Below are positions 50,742 to 60,773 of a DNA stretch of 64,000 nt, one piece after another. The notes beneath the pieces are model-generated. The model had not been told where the DNA came from. It saw nothing but the letters and a program-made list of their open reading frames with translations, and did not search any database. The stretch is from assembly GCA_963745035.1 (NCBI GenBank), contig CAVUVW010000016.1:1-64000 (forward strand). Reading direction: 5' to 3'. The DNA is from an uncultured delta proteobacterium (GTDB lineage: Bacteria > Desulfobacterota > Binatia > UBA9968). Position numbers and translations under genes: made by a program. How positions within the stretch are numbered: the stretch's first letter is position 1; every line of letters starts with the position of its first letter.

Positions 50742-52043
50742 ATGCGCGCATGGTTGTTACAAGTCGTTTTTGCGCTGGTGATTGTCTTGCCGGTACGTGT
50801 GAGCGCGGCGGAGTCGCCGGCCAGTCGTCCGCTCGAGAAAGTGACGATCGCGTACAGCTCCATTTCAGGCAATATGGCGCCCTTGTGGATTACCCATGAG
50901 CGCGGCTTGTTCCGCAAGTACGGTCTCGACGCGCAGCTCGTTTTTATCGAGAGCGGCAGCACAACGGTGCAGAGCTTGATTTCCAAAGACGTCGCCTTTG
51001 CGCAAATGGCCGGCGCCGGGGTGATTCAAAGCCGCCTGCGCGGGTCGGACGTCGTGATGATCGCCGGAGTAATCAACACGCTGACGTTCAAATTCTTCGT
51101 CGATAAAAGCATCCAACAACCGGATCAACTCAAAGGAAAGGTCCTGGCTGTAACACGCTACGGCTCCTCGACGGATTTCGCGTTGCGCTACGCTCTCGAA
51201 AGGTACGGCCTTGCGCCAGACAAAGACGTCATGATTTTGCAGGCGAGCAATATGCCGGCGATCGTCGCGTCGCTCGAAAGCGGCAAGGTTCAGGGCGCCA
51301 TGTTGTCCGCGCCGTTCACGCTGACGGCGAAAAATATGGGGTTTCCCGTGATGGCCGATCTGCAGATGCTCGGCCTGGAGTATCAACACACCGGTCTGGC
51401 GACGACCCAGGCGCTGATCCGGACCCGTCCGGATCTGGTCCGCAACGCGATGAAGGCCTACGTGGAAGGTATTCACTACTACAAAACTCATCGCGCCGAA
51501 TCTTTGGCCGTTCTTGCGAAATACTTGAAGACCAACGACGCCGATGTTTTGGCGGAAGTTTACGACGATGTCGGGATCAACTTGACCGCTGAAAAGCCCT
51601 ATCCAACGCTGCGCGGGATCGGCATCATGCTGCGCGAGCTCGCCGCGACCAGTCCCAAAGCCGGCGCGGCTCGTCCCGAGGACTTCGTTGATTTGACTTT
51701 CATGAAAGAACTGGACGGCTCCGGGTTTATCGACCGACTTTACAAAAAGCCCTCGCCCGTCCTCGCCAGCCGCGAAAGCGCCGCGCCTTCGGTGAGTCAA
51801 AAAGCCCCGCCGGCAAGTGATAAAATCAAGCCGACCGGCGCGGAACCAAAATCGGTCGTGGCGGTCAACTCCGCCGAGAGCGCGCGCGAATACACCGTGG
51901 GGCCGGGCGATACATTGAGCAATATCGCCCGGAAATATTATGGCAATCCGTTCAAATGGGAGAAGATATTCCAGGCGAATCAGCCGGTCATGAAGAATCC
52001 CGACTACATCTACGTCGGGCAAAGGATCATCATTCCGTCTTGA
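50742..52043 (+). CDS. SsuA/NMT1-like substrate-binding protein fused to a C-terminal LysM domain
   Basis: SBP motifs up to GSGFIDRLY, Pro/Ser/Ala linker, then YTVGPGDTLSNIARKYYG...IFQAN...IYVGQRIIIP. Confidence 0.88.
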   Translation: MRAWLLQVVFALVIVLPVRVSAAESPASRPLEKVTIAYSSISGNMAPLWITHERGLFRKYGLDAQLVFIESGSTTVQSLISKDVAFAQMAGAGVIQSRLRGSDVVMIAGVINTLTFKFFVDKSIQQPDQLKGKVLAVTRYGSSTDFALRYALERYGLAPDKDVMILQASNMPAIVASLESGKVQGAMLSAPFTLTAKNMGFPVMADLQMLGLEYQHTGLATTQALIRTRPDLVRNAMKAYVEGIHYYKTHRAESLAVLAKYLKTNDADVLAEVYDDVGINLTAEKPYPTLRGIGIMLRELAATSPKAGAARPEDFVDLTFMKELDGSGFIDRLYKKPSPVLASRESAAPSVSQKAPPASDKIKPTGAEPKSVVAVNSAESAREYTVGPGDTLSNIARKYYGNPFKWEKIFQANQPVMKNPDYIYVGQRIIIPS

Positions 52044-52098
52044 CCGCGCGAACATGCAAATAGCGCATTTTCAACGAACATAGAAAGGAAGGTTAAAG

Positions 52099-52395
52099 AT
52101 GTCCGAAGAGTCCAAGAAGCCGGAGCAGCCCTTCGATCAGCTCATCCGCGTGCTGCAAGAAGGAGAAGCGCGAAGAATCAGCGAGTGCATCCAGGAAATC
52201 GATCACCGATTGCTGGATTGCCGGAAGTCATTGGATGAGTACAGGCGTTTGCGCACGACTTTGCGCTCGATCAACGGCCAGCTCTCCCGGCTGGGCGCCG
52301 AGCCATTGGCCGTCGCCGATGATCTGCCCACTCAGGATTTGAGCGAGATCATCAAGAGCCGCATCGATCACTTCAAATCCACGGGAAGAATCTAG
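52099..52395 (+). CDS. Small helical/coiled-coil hypothetical protein
   Basis: RBS AAGGAAGG; 98 aa; heptad-like pattern. Confidence 0.7.
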   Translation: MSEESKKPEQPFDQLIRVLQEGEARRISECIQEIDHRLLDCRKSLDEYRRLRTTLRSINGQLSRLGAEPLAVADDLPTQDLSEIIKSRIDHFKSTGRI

Positions 52396-52891
52396 CGCGC
52401 GCATTGTGAACCGGGACTCGGCGTGAGATCAATCGGGTCGTTCCACGGGATCGGAGTTCTACGGCTCGATTTTCCTGATCAAAGTCGAAACTGACGGCGC
52501 TTCCAGCCGAGTCCGCGCTTGTCCCAACCCGCCAGTTGAGCGGAAGTTTCCGAACGGGGAGGACCTTCTCCTCCCCGTTCCGCTCTTCTCATTATGCCAG
52601 ATCGATGTTTTGCTCCGGTCCGTCTTCGGGGCACGGAACGAACAAGTCGACGCGTTCGCCGGTGCTTGGATCTGCGATGCTGCCCGCGTAGCAGTAGTCG
52701 ATCGCTGCGAGCTGGATGGTTTCGCTCGGAATGCTCTCATTGACGGTCTCGGCGGCCGTGAGCTTCTCGCTTTGAACGGGCTGGCGCGCTTTATTTTCAA
52801 AAAATCATAGTTGATCGATGCAGCAGCAGCGGAACTGCCGGCGAGCATTGCTACCCGATCAGCATTGCGGCGGTGCTTGTTGATCGGCAAC

Positions 52892-53893
52892 TCAGCCGGC
52901 AGCGAGTTTCAGGGCGGGTAGGATTTCTTGCAAGTAAACGGCGAATTGTTCATCCAAGTTATCGCCGATGGGACGAATGGTGACGTGATCGACGCCCGCG
53001 TCGATAAAGCCGCGCACGCACTCGACGCAATGTTCCACGGGACCGCAAGCCGTCCAGATCTCGACCCCTGCTCGCGTAAAATCCTTTTGATAGTAGGCAT
53101 CGAGAAAAGTTTTTGCTTCGCGAAACGCCTGCTCGCGATCGCGGTTCACCGCCACGCCGTAATACAAGACGGTTCTGAAGGAGTCCGGGTCTCGTCCTTC
53201 TTCGACCAGCATCTTCGTTAGCCGGCTCTTGTAGTCTTGAAACATCGCGAGCTCGATCTGATTGCTCATCCAGCCGTCGGCGTAGCGCGCGATGCGCCGC
53301 AGCGAGCGCTCGACGCCGCGCTCGCCGATCTGCGCTGGCCGAGGCGTGCCGGCGATATAGATCGGACAGGGCCGCTGGGCCGGTTTGGGCAAGAGATTCA
53401 CATCGTCGAACGAATAGTATTTGCCGTGAAAGCTGGCGTGCTCGCCCGACCAGAGAACGCGCAGCGCCTGGATCATCTCTTCCATTCTTCCAGGCCGTTC
53501 TTTGCTCGCCACGCCCATTACTTCGAGCTCCTTGGCCGCCATCGGATGCTGGCTCGCGGGGTAGCCCATGCACGCGGCCAGCCACGCGCGTCCGCCGGAG
53601 AGCGCGTCGAGACTCGCCCACTGCAAGGCGAGCAGCACGGGATTGCGCTGCGCAATGGTTGCCATGCACGCCACGCCCAGCTTGACGCTGGAAGTGCGCG
53701 CCGCGATGGCGCCGAGAAGCGGGATGCATTCCAAGCGCGGCTTGCTCAAGATGCTGTCGCCGACCCAAACGGCGTCGATGGCGCCGGTATTCTCCGCTTG
53801 CACCGCCATTTGGATGAGCTCCTCGGCGGGCGTTCCACGGGTAACCAGCGCGCGATTCGACAAGGTGAGGCCGAATGTAGTCTTGCGCGTCAT
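52892..53893 (-). CDS. LLM-class flavin-dependent oxidoreductase
   Basis: ATG 53893 MTRKTTFGLTLSNR; AVWVGDS; LDALSGGR; PIYIAG; ADGWM. Confidence 0.9.
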   Translation of the reverse strand: MTRKTTFGLTLSNRALVTRGTPAEELIQMAVQAENTGAIDAVWVGDSILSKPRLECIPLLGAIAARTSSVKLGVACMATIAQRNPVLLALQWASLDALSGGRAWLAACMGYPASQHPMAAKELEVMGVASKERPGRMEEMIQALRVLWSGEHASFHGKYYSFDDVNLLPKPAQRPCPIYIAGTPRPAQIGERGVERSLRRIARYADGWMSNQIELAMFQDYKSRLTKMLVEEGRDPDSFRTVLYYGVAVNRDREQAFREAKTFLDAYYQKDFTRAGVEIWTACGPVEHCVECVRGFIDAGVDHVTIRPIGDNLDEQFAVYLQEILPALKLAAG

Positions 53894-54138
53894 GCTCGGA
53901 GAATAGGACGAGGTCGTGCGCTGTTTCAAGCGCGACGGGCGGGCCTGGAAACCAGACCGGCGATTGCAATCATTTTGCCGGTAGCGTGCGCCGGCTTGAC
54001 AATGAGCGCGGCAGCCGTAATTTAGCTGAAAATAGATGATGGCCTTGATGCCGCCGAGTGGTGCCGGAGCGTTTGGCGCTGCGATCGTCGGCTTCGCGTC
54101 TTCAGCCGCATTTTTGTTTGTCCGAGACACGCTCTCGC

Positions 54139-55356
54139 ATGAAAGACATTCGCATCGTTATCGCCGGCTGCGGTCCCGTCGGCGTCATCGCCGCGCTGGC
54201 GTGCGCGCAACACGGTTACGCGGTGACCTTGCTCGAAGCCGAGACCAAGATCGACGACAATCCGCGCGCCGCAACCACCCATCCTTCGACCCTCGAAATG
54301 ATCGCCCGGGTCGGGCTCATCGATGCGTTCATTCAAGAAGGCTTGGTCGCCCGTTACTTCCAATTCTGGGACAAGCCGGGCCGCGCCAAGGTCGTCGAGT
54401 TCGATCATGACGTCCTGCGCGACGAGACGCCGTATCCGTTCGTCGTCCAGACCGAGCAGCACAAGCTTGCGCGGATGGGCATCGAGAGGCTCAAAACATT
54501 TACCGACACCGACGTGCGCTTCGCCACCCGCGTCACCGGCGTCACCCAGGACGCCGAAGGCGCGATCGTCACCGCGGAAGCGCCGAACGGCCGCGAGGTG
54601 TTTCCCGCGGACTACGTCATCGGCGCCGACGGCGGCCGCAGCACGATCCGCAAGGCGCTCGATATCGAATTCGAAGGCTTCACCTGGCCGGAACGGTTTC
54701 TCGTGCTCACCACGCTGGATGATTTCCAAGAGCTCTTGCCCGGCTGCTGCTATCGAAACTATCTCGCCGATCCGGACGAGTGGACCAATCTCTTCAAGGT
54801 TGCCGGAGACGACGGCAAAGGACGCTGGCGCGCGGTGTTTCCGACCCGGGTGGAGGAAAGCGACGAAGAGGCGCTCGGCGATACATCCACCTATGCGCGC
54901 TTGCAGCGGGTCTATCCGCTGGCGCGCGGCTACAACGTCGTCCATCGCAATCTCTACAAAGTACACCAGCGCGTCGCCGCCACGTTTCACAAGGGAAGGG
55001 TGTTCCTGGCCGGCGATTCGGCGCACGTGAACAATTCCGTCGGCGGGCTGGGGTTGAACGGCGGGATTCACGACGCCATGGAGCTGGTCGATGCCCTGCA
55101 TCAGGTGATCGCCAAGCAGGCAAGCGACAATCTATTCGACCGTTACACGCGAAGGCGGCGCACTTTGAATATCGAATTTGTCCAGGAGCAAACCATTCTC
55201 AACAAGAAGCGGCTCGAGGAACGCGATCCGAAAGCACGCCAGCGCCGCTTCGACGAGCTGCGCGCGATCGCTGACGATCCCGCTCAGCATAAAGAATTTC
55301 TGCTGCGCACCTCCCTGCTCGCGAGCGTGCGCAAGGCGCGCGGCATGATTGACTGA
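54139..55356 (+). CDS. FAD-dependent monooxygenase (MhpA/PHBH fold)
   Basis: IAGCGPVG, IGADGGRS, FLAGDSAH..N..GGLGLNGGIHDA. Confidence 0.92.
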   Translation: MKDIRIVIAGCGPVGVIAALACAQHGYAVTLLEAETKIDDNPRAATTHPSTLEMIARVGLIDAFIQEGLVARYFQFWDKPGRAKVVEFDHDVLRDETPYPFVVQTEQHKLARMGIERLKTFTDTDVRFATRVTGVTQDAEGAIVTAEAPNGREVFPADYVIGADGGRSTIRKALDIEFEGFTWPERFLVLTTLDDFQELLPGCCYRNYLADPDEWTNLFKVAGDDGKGRWRAVFPTRVEESDEEALGDTSTYARLQRVYPLARGYNVVHRNLYKVHQRVAATFHKGRVFLAGDSAHVNNSVGGLGLNGGIHDAMELVDALHQVIAKQASDNLFDRYTRRRRTLNIEFVQEQTILNKKRLEERDPKARQRRFDELRAIADDPAQHKEFLLRTSLLASVRKARGMID

Positions 55357-55451
55357 CTTGGCGCCGCCGACCCGTCCCGGCCGCATGTTGAGCTGCCGCT
55401 GCTGCGCCGCCGATCTTGAGAAAACATTCTGACCGGTTACGCTTCCCATGA

Positions 55452-55736
55452 GGAGTTCTCGCCGTCGACCGGGGACACTCGTTCATCGGCGCGCCTTCGT
55501 TCACCGTCCCGCTCGTCGGTTTCGTCGTGCCAGAGATCTCGCTGTTTCGCGACGTGAAGCACAGCGGCCACGCGGAAGTCAAAGTTTTCGCCAGCGATAC
55601 CGAGACCGGCCAATTCATCAGCGAGAGCGAGCTCGCCGTCGGCAAATCCAATCACGACGACTTCACTTTGCTGATCGTCATCCATTTCACGCGCACCGAT
55701 CTGGAAGAAGAAGAGTGGGATCTGGGCAACGGCTAG
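55452..55736 (+). pseudogene. Probable 5'-truncated remnant of a conserved hypothetical (lipo)protein
   Basis: Protein-like frame GVLAVDRGHSFIGAPSFTVPLVGFVVPEISLFR...FTRTDL begins right after an in-frame TGA, with no upstream start. Confidence 0.45.
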
Positions 55737-55746
55737 TTTGCGGCTG

Positions 55747-56055
55747 TCAAGGGAGGTCGTCGTCGGAAGGCTGCGGCTCGAGCGGCAGATAGGTGCGGTG
55801 CCCCAGCGCGCATTCGCAGATTTCCGTGGCGGTTTCCGCTTCGCGCGCCACCACAATAAGCTTTAGACCGCACTCTCTGCCGTCAGTCAAAGTCGGACAA
55901 CGGCGTTTTTCATTTTCCCCGAGCGAGACATATTTTCGGTGACCGAGGGGACACTCGTAAATTTCTGTTTCGGAGGCAAAATCGCGTTCGACGAGAACCA
56001 ACGCGAGACCGCATATTTTACCGTCCACCGAGGTAGGACATGTTTGATTTTCCAT
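55747..56055 (-). CDS. Small Cys/His protein with two tandem Zn-ribbon-like repeats
   Basis: Two copies of CPT..DG..CGL.L..V.R....TEI.EC.LGHR.Y; RBS GAGGG. Confidence 0.78.
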   Translation of the reverse strand: MENQTCPTSVDGKICGLALVLVERDFASETEIYECPLGHRKYVSLGENEKRRCPTLTDGRECGLKLIVVAREAETATEICECALGHRTYLPLEPQPSDDDLP

Positions 56056-56236
56056 AGTGGTCCCTCTAAAGCGCCATGCAGGAGTGCTTTCACGCTCGTT
56101 GCATCAATACGAGGAGAAAGACGCAAGATCAAGGCCAGAGCGAACGATGAATCAGAAGCCCGATCGGCGACGGGCGCACGTGTGAGCGCGCCGAACGTTG
56201 GCTTTTTCTTTCGCGCTCGGATAATCATCCCTTGTC

Positions 56237-57980
56237 GTGGACCAGCATAGCCTTCTCGCCAATATCGGTCTTGTCTTCATCGTCGCGACGCTGGCCGCGT
56301 TCCTCGCCAAGCTGCTCAAGCAGCCTTTGATTCTCGCCTATCTGGTCGCCGGCGTGGTCATCGGGCCAGAGATCGGTTTTGCGTGGGTGGAAGACAAGGA
56401 GATCATCGAGTTGATCTCGGAGATCGGCTTGATTCTGCTGCTTTTTATTATCGGACTCGAGATCGATCTCAAAAAGCTCGCCAGCGCCGGGCGGACACTG
56501 CTGGTCATCGGCGTCAGCCAATTCCTTCTGTGTGTCGGGCTGGGCATTGCCTTGGCGATCTTCATGGGCTTCGCGCTGCGCGGCGCCAACTTCGACTGGC
56601 TCTATCTGGCCGTGACGCTGTCGCTCAGCAGCACGTTGATCGTCGTCAAGCTGCTCTACGACAAATTCGAGCTCACGACCTTGCCCGGGCGCATCACCCT
56701 CGGCGTCCTGGTATTTCAGGATATCTGGGCGATCGTTTTTCTCGCCCTCCAGCCCAATCTGCATGATCCGCAGTTGAGCACGCTCTTGGTGTCCTTCGTC
56801 AAGGGCGCGGCGCTGGTTTTCGCCGCGCTGGCCTTGAGCCGCTACGCCCTGCCGCGGCTTTTCTCCTTTGTCGCCAAAGTTCCGGAGCTGTTACTGATCG
56901 CCGCGCTCGCGTGGTGTTTTCTTGTCGTGCGGCGCAGCCGACCGGCTCGGCCTGTCGAGCGAAATGGGCGCGCTGGTCGCCGGGGTCAGCATCTCGACGT
57001 TTCCCTACAACATCGATGTGATCGCCAAGGTCACGAACATTCGCGATTTTTTTGTCACGTTGTTTTTTGTCGCTCTCGGCATGAAGATCCCCGAGCCCTC
57101 GCTGGCGATTGTCACGGCCGCCGCGGGCATGTCGCTTTTCGTGCTCGCCAGCCGCCTGCTGGCGGTTTTTCCCGTGCTGTATTTGCTCGGCAACGGCTTG
57201 CGGGCGAGCCTGATTCCGTCGATCAATCTGGCGCAGATGAGCGAGTTTTCTTTGGTGATCGCCTCCCTCGGTCTGGCTTTGAATCACGTGAGCGCGGAGC
57301 TGGTGGGAACTCTGACTTTCGTGTTCGCCATCACCTCCGTCCTCTCGACCTATCTCATCGCCTACAATCACGAGATCCAGCGGCGGATGGCTGCTTTTTT
57401 GATAAAAATAGGGTTTCCCAGCGACGGCGATGCCGACGACGACGCGAAAGCCGAGCAAGAAAACGCCGTCGTGTTTCTCGGCTGCTTTCGTGAGGCGAGC
57501 TCGATTCTCCACGAGCTCGAATTTCAATCTCGGGACGCCGACGGCGCGGGCGTTCTCGATCGCACTCTGGTGATCGATTTCAATCCGCTGGTGCTTCGCG
57601 AGCTGCGCCGGCGTGGCATCCGCTGCCTTTATGGCGACGTGGCGCACATGGATACCTTGCACCACGCGCACATTCATGAGGCGAAGATCGTCGCGTGCAC
57701 GATTTCCGATGCGATCCTGCGGGGCACGACCAACTTGCGGCTCGTGCGCCAAGCGCGGCGTCTTTGTCCGCACGCCCAGGTGATCGCCGCCGCCGACACG
57801 ATCGGCGCGGCGATAGAGCTCTACGAAGAGGGCGCCGACTTTGTCTACATCGCGAGGCTGCATTCGTCGGTTCAGACCGCGGAGCTCATCGTCCGAGCGG
57901 CCGACGACGCGGATGCGTTGCCAGCCCGTCGTGAAGAGGATCTCCGGATGCTGAAAGAGCGGCGGGAAATTCTTCCCTGA
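56237..57980 (+). CDS. CPA2/KefB-like cation:proton antiporter with TrkA_N domain (frameshift near 56925)
   Basis: QPLILAYLVAGVVIGP, LFIIGLE, LSSTLIVVK, VFQD, RDFFVTLFFV, LYGD. Confidence 0.88.
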
Positions 57981-58051
57981 AAGCGCTGCCGCCGGCACGC
58001 CTACGAGAGAAACGGCCGGAGAAGCGCGCAAACGCTTGGCAAGGATGATCG

Positions 58052-60589
58052 ATGACAACCGCCGATCTACCGATTTATGAAATCGAGCAGCCGCTGCGCG
58101 ATGCTCTGAAAACCCGCCGGCGCGTGGTACTGAGCGCGCCCACCGGTTCGGGAAAATCGACCCAGGTGCCGCAGATGCTGCTCGACGGCGGCCTGCTGGG
58201 CGACGGACAGGTGGCGGTGCTGCAGCCGCGCCGTCTGCCGACGCGCATGCTCGCCGGCTGGGTCGCGCAAGAGCGCGGGGTGAAACTCGGTGGCGAGGTG
58301 GGCTACCAGATGCGTCTCGACAGCGTTATTTCTTCCGCCACGCGCATCTGCTACGCGACCGAGGGCGTGCTGCTCCGGCGCATGCTCGCCGAGCCGGACT
58401 TGCCGGGCGTGAATGCGATCGTGTTCGACGAATTTCATGAACGGCATCTCTACGGCGACATTACCCTGGCGCGCGCGCTGGAAATCCAGGAAGCAATGCG
58501 GCCCGATCTCATTATCATCGTCATGTCGGCGACCTTGGACGTCGCCGCCGTGGAAAAATATCTCGAGCCTTGCGCGGTGTTGTCGTCGGCGGGCCGGGCC
58601 TATCCGGTCGCGCTCGAATATTTGGCCAAGCCCGCAGGCCAGATGCCGGTTTGGGATCTCGCCGTGCGCGAGCTCCAGCGCCTTACGCGGGAGCATCCGC
58701 AAGGCGACGCGCTGATCTTCATGCCCGGCGTCTACGAGATCGGCCGCACGGTGCGGGCGGCGCGCGATGCGCTCGGCGCGAGTTTCGCCGTGTTTCCCTT
58801 GCACGGCCAACTGCCGCCGGCCGAGCAGGATGCGGCGGTGGCGCGCCAGGACCGGCGCAAAGTGGTGGTGGCGACCAACGTCGCCGAGACTTCGCTCACC
58901 ATCGACGGCGTGCGCCTGGTGATCGACAGCGGCCTGGCGCGCGTGCCGCGCTACGATCCTTATCGCGGCATCAACACCTTGCTCATCGAGAAAATCAGCC
59001 GCGCCGCGGCCGACCAGCGGGCCGGCCGGGCCGGCCGCACGGCGCCGGGCCATTGCCTGCGGCTCTGGACCGCGCACGAGCAGAACTCCCGTCCCGCCAA
59101 AGAGCTTCCCGAGGTGAAGCGGCTCGATCTCGCGGAGGTGATTCTCACTCTCAAGGCGAGCGGAGTCGACGACGCGCGCGCGTTTCGCTGGCTCGAGGCG
59201 CCCGACGCGCGCGCGCTGGAACGGGCCGAGACGCTGCTCACCGATCTGGGCGCGCTCGACCGCGCCGCCGGCGCCATCACCGCGCTGGGACGGCGCATGC
59301 TCGCATTCCCGATCCATCCGCGCTACGCGCGCATGCTGCTTGCGGCCGAGGATTACGGCTGCGTGCGCGCGGTGGCGTTGATCGCCGCCTTGACGCAGGG
59401 GCGGGATTTGCTCTTGCGCGGGCAGGCAAAGCCGGTGGAAGAGGGCGCCGCCGAGCGCTTCGGCGAAGACGCCGGCTCGGATTTTTTTGTCTTGATGCGC
59501 GCCTGGCGCTTTGCCGAGCGCAACGATTATCACCCCGAGCGCTGCCGGCGCGCCGGCGTGAACGCGCAAGCGGCGCGCCAGGTCGGACCGTTGCTCGAAC
59601 AGTTTCTGAGCATCGCCGCCGCCGAGGGGCTCGATGTGCGCGACCGGCCGGTCGCCGGCGATGCCGTGCGGCGCTGCCTGCTGCTGGGCTTTTCCGATCA
59701 ACTCGCCAAACGCCTGGACGGCGGCTCGCAGCGCTGCATGATGGTGCACGGCCGGCGCGGCCTGCTGGCGCGCGAGAGCGTCGTCGGAGCGCCGCTGTTC
59801 GTCGTCGCCGAGGCGCGCGAAGTGCAAAGCGGCGGCAAAGATCGAACCTTGAACGTGCTTTTGAATCTCGCCACGGCGGTCGAGGAAGCCTGGCTGCGCG
59901 AGCTCTTTCCTGCGGATTGCAAAGAAGCGCGCGCGGTCGCCTACGACCCCGCGCTGCGCCGCGTGGTCGCCCGCGAGGAAAAATATTTCCGCGATCTCAT
60001 TCTGGAACAGAACCTCTCCGGCGATCCGCCGCCGGATGAAGCCGCCGCGCTGCTCGCCCGCGAGGTGGCGGCGGGGCGCCTGGTCCTCGACAACTGGAAC
60101 GACGCGGTCGAGCAGTGGATTCTGCGGCTGCACCGGCTGCGCGAATGGATGCCCGATCTCGGTTTGCCCGGCATCGGCGACGACGATCGCCGGGCGATGA
60201 TCGAGCTCATCTGCCAGGGCGCGTTCAGCGCCGGCGAAATCAAAGATCGCCCGGTCCTGCCCGTCGTCAAATCGTGGCTGTCGCGCGAGCAGCAGGCCTG
60301 GGTCGAAAAATATGCGCCGGAGCGGATCACGTTGCCGCGCGGGCGCGCGGTGAAGGTCGCCTACTCGGCCGACGGCCCGCCCACGGTGGCCGCGCGCATC
60401 CAGGACCTCTACGGCATCAGCGACGGTCTGTGGATCGCCAACCGCCGCGTGCCGGTGCGCATCGAAGTGCTCGCGCCGAGTAACCGCCCGGTGCAGGTTA
60501 CCGAGAATCTTTCGGTCTTCTGGCGCGACACTTATCCCAAGCTCAAACAGCAGCTTCAACGGAGGTATCCCAAGCACGAATGGCGTTAG
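58052..60589 (+). CDS. hrpB: ATP-dependent RNA helicase HrpB
   Basis: APTGSGKST, DEFHER, MSAT, ATNVAETSLTIDG, QRAGRAGR; C-terminus FWRDTYP...RRYPKHEW. Confidence 0.95.
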   Translation: MTTADLPIYEIEQPLRDALKTRRRVVLSAPTGSGKSTQVPQMLLDGGLLGDGQVAVLQPRRLPTRMLAGWVAQERGVKLGGEVGYQMRLDSVISSATRICYATEGVLLRRMLAEPDLPGVNAIVFDEFHERHLYGDITLARALEIQEAMRPDLIIIVMSATLDVAAVEKYLEPCAVLSSAGRAYPVALEYLAKPAGQMPVWDLAVRELQRLTREHPQGDALIFMPGVYEIGRTVRAARDALGASFAVFPLHGQLPPAEQDAAVARQDRRKVVVATNVAETSLTIDGVRLVIDSGLARVPRYDPYRGINTLLIEKISRAAADQRAGRAGRTAPGHCLRLWTAHEQNSRPAKELPEVKRLDLAEVILTLKASGVDDARAFRWLEAPDARALERAETLLTDLGALDRAAGAITALGRRMLAFPIHPRYARMLLAAEDYGCVRAVALIAALTQGRDLLLRGQAKPVEEGAAERFGEDAGSDFFVLMRAWRFAERNDYHPERCRRAGVNAQAARQVGPLLEQFLSIAAAEGLDVRDRPVAGDAVRRCLLLGFSDQLAKRLDGGSQRCMMVHGRRGLLARESVVGAPLFVVAEAREVQSGGKDRTLNVLLNLATAVEEAWLRELFPADCKEARAVAYDPALRRVVAREEKYFRDLILEQNLSGDPPPDEAAALLAREVAAGRLVLDNWNDAVEQWILRLHRLREWMPDLGLPGIGDDDRRAMIELICQGAFSAGEIKDRPVLPVVKSWLSREQQAWVEKYAPERITLPRGRAVKVAYSADGPPTVAARIQDLYGISDGLWIANRRVPVRIEVLAPSNRPVQVTENLSVFWRDTYPKLKQQLQRRYPKHEWR

Positions 60590-60773
60590 CGGCTGTAAGA
60601 GCTGGTTGCCGTGGAAAATCGAAGAGGCCCCGCGATAGCGCTCAGGGCGAACGGGAAAATTTTACAACCGTTGATGACAGTCGTCGCTTTGTCGCTCGAC
60701 GCATCGTATTGCCGGTGCAAATTGCGTAGATTAGCGAGGATTGTTTCTTTTGCCTGAGCAAATCTCGCGCGAA

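Noticed and set aside
58067-60577. 836-aa antisense ORF opposite hrpB (and similar shadow ORFs such as 50865..52055, 27077..28033, 21638..22612)
   Set aside because: They mirror well-supported genes, have no recognisable motifs, and are expected in high-GC coding DNA.
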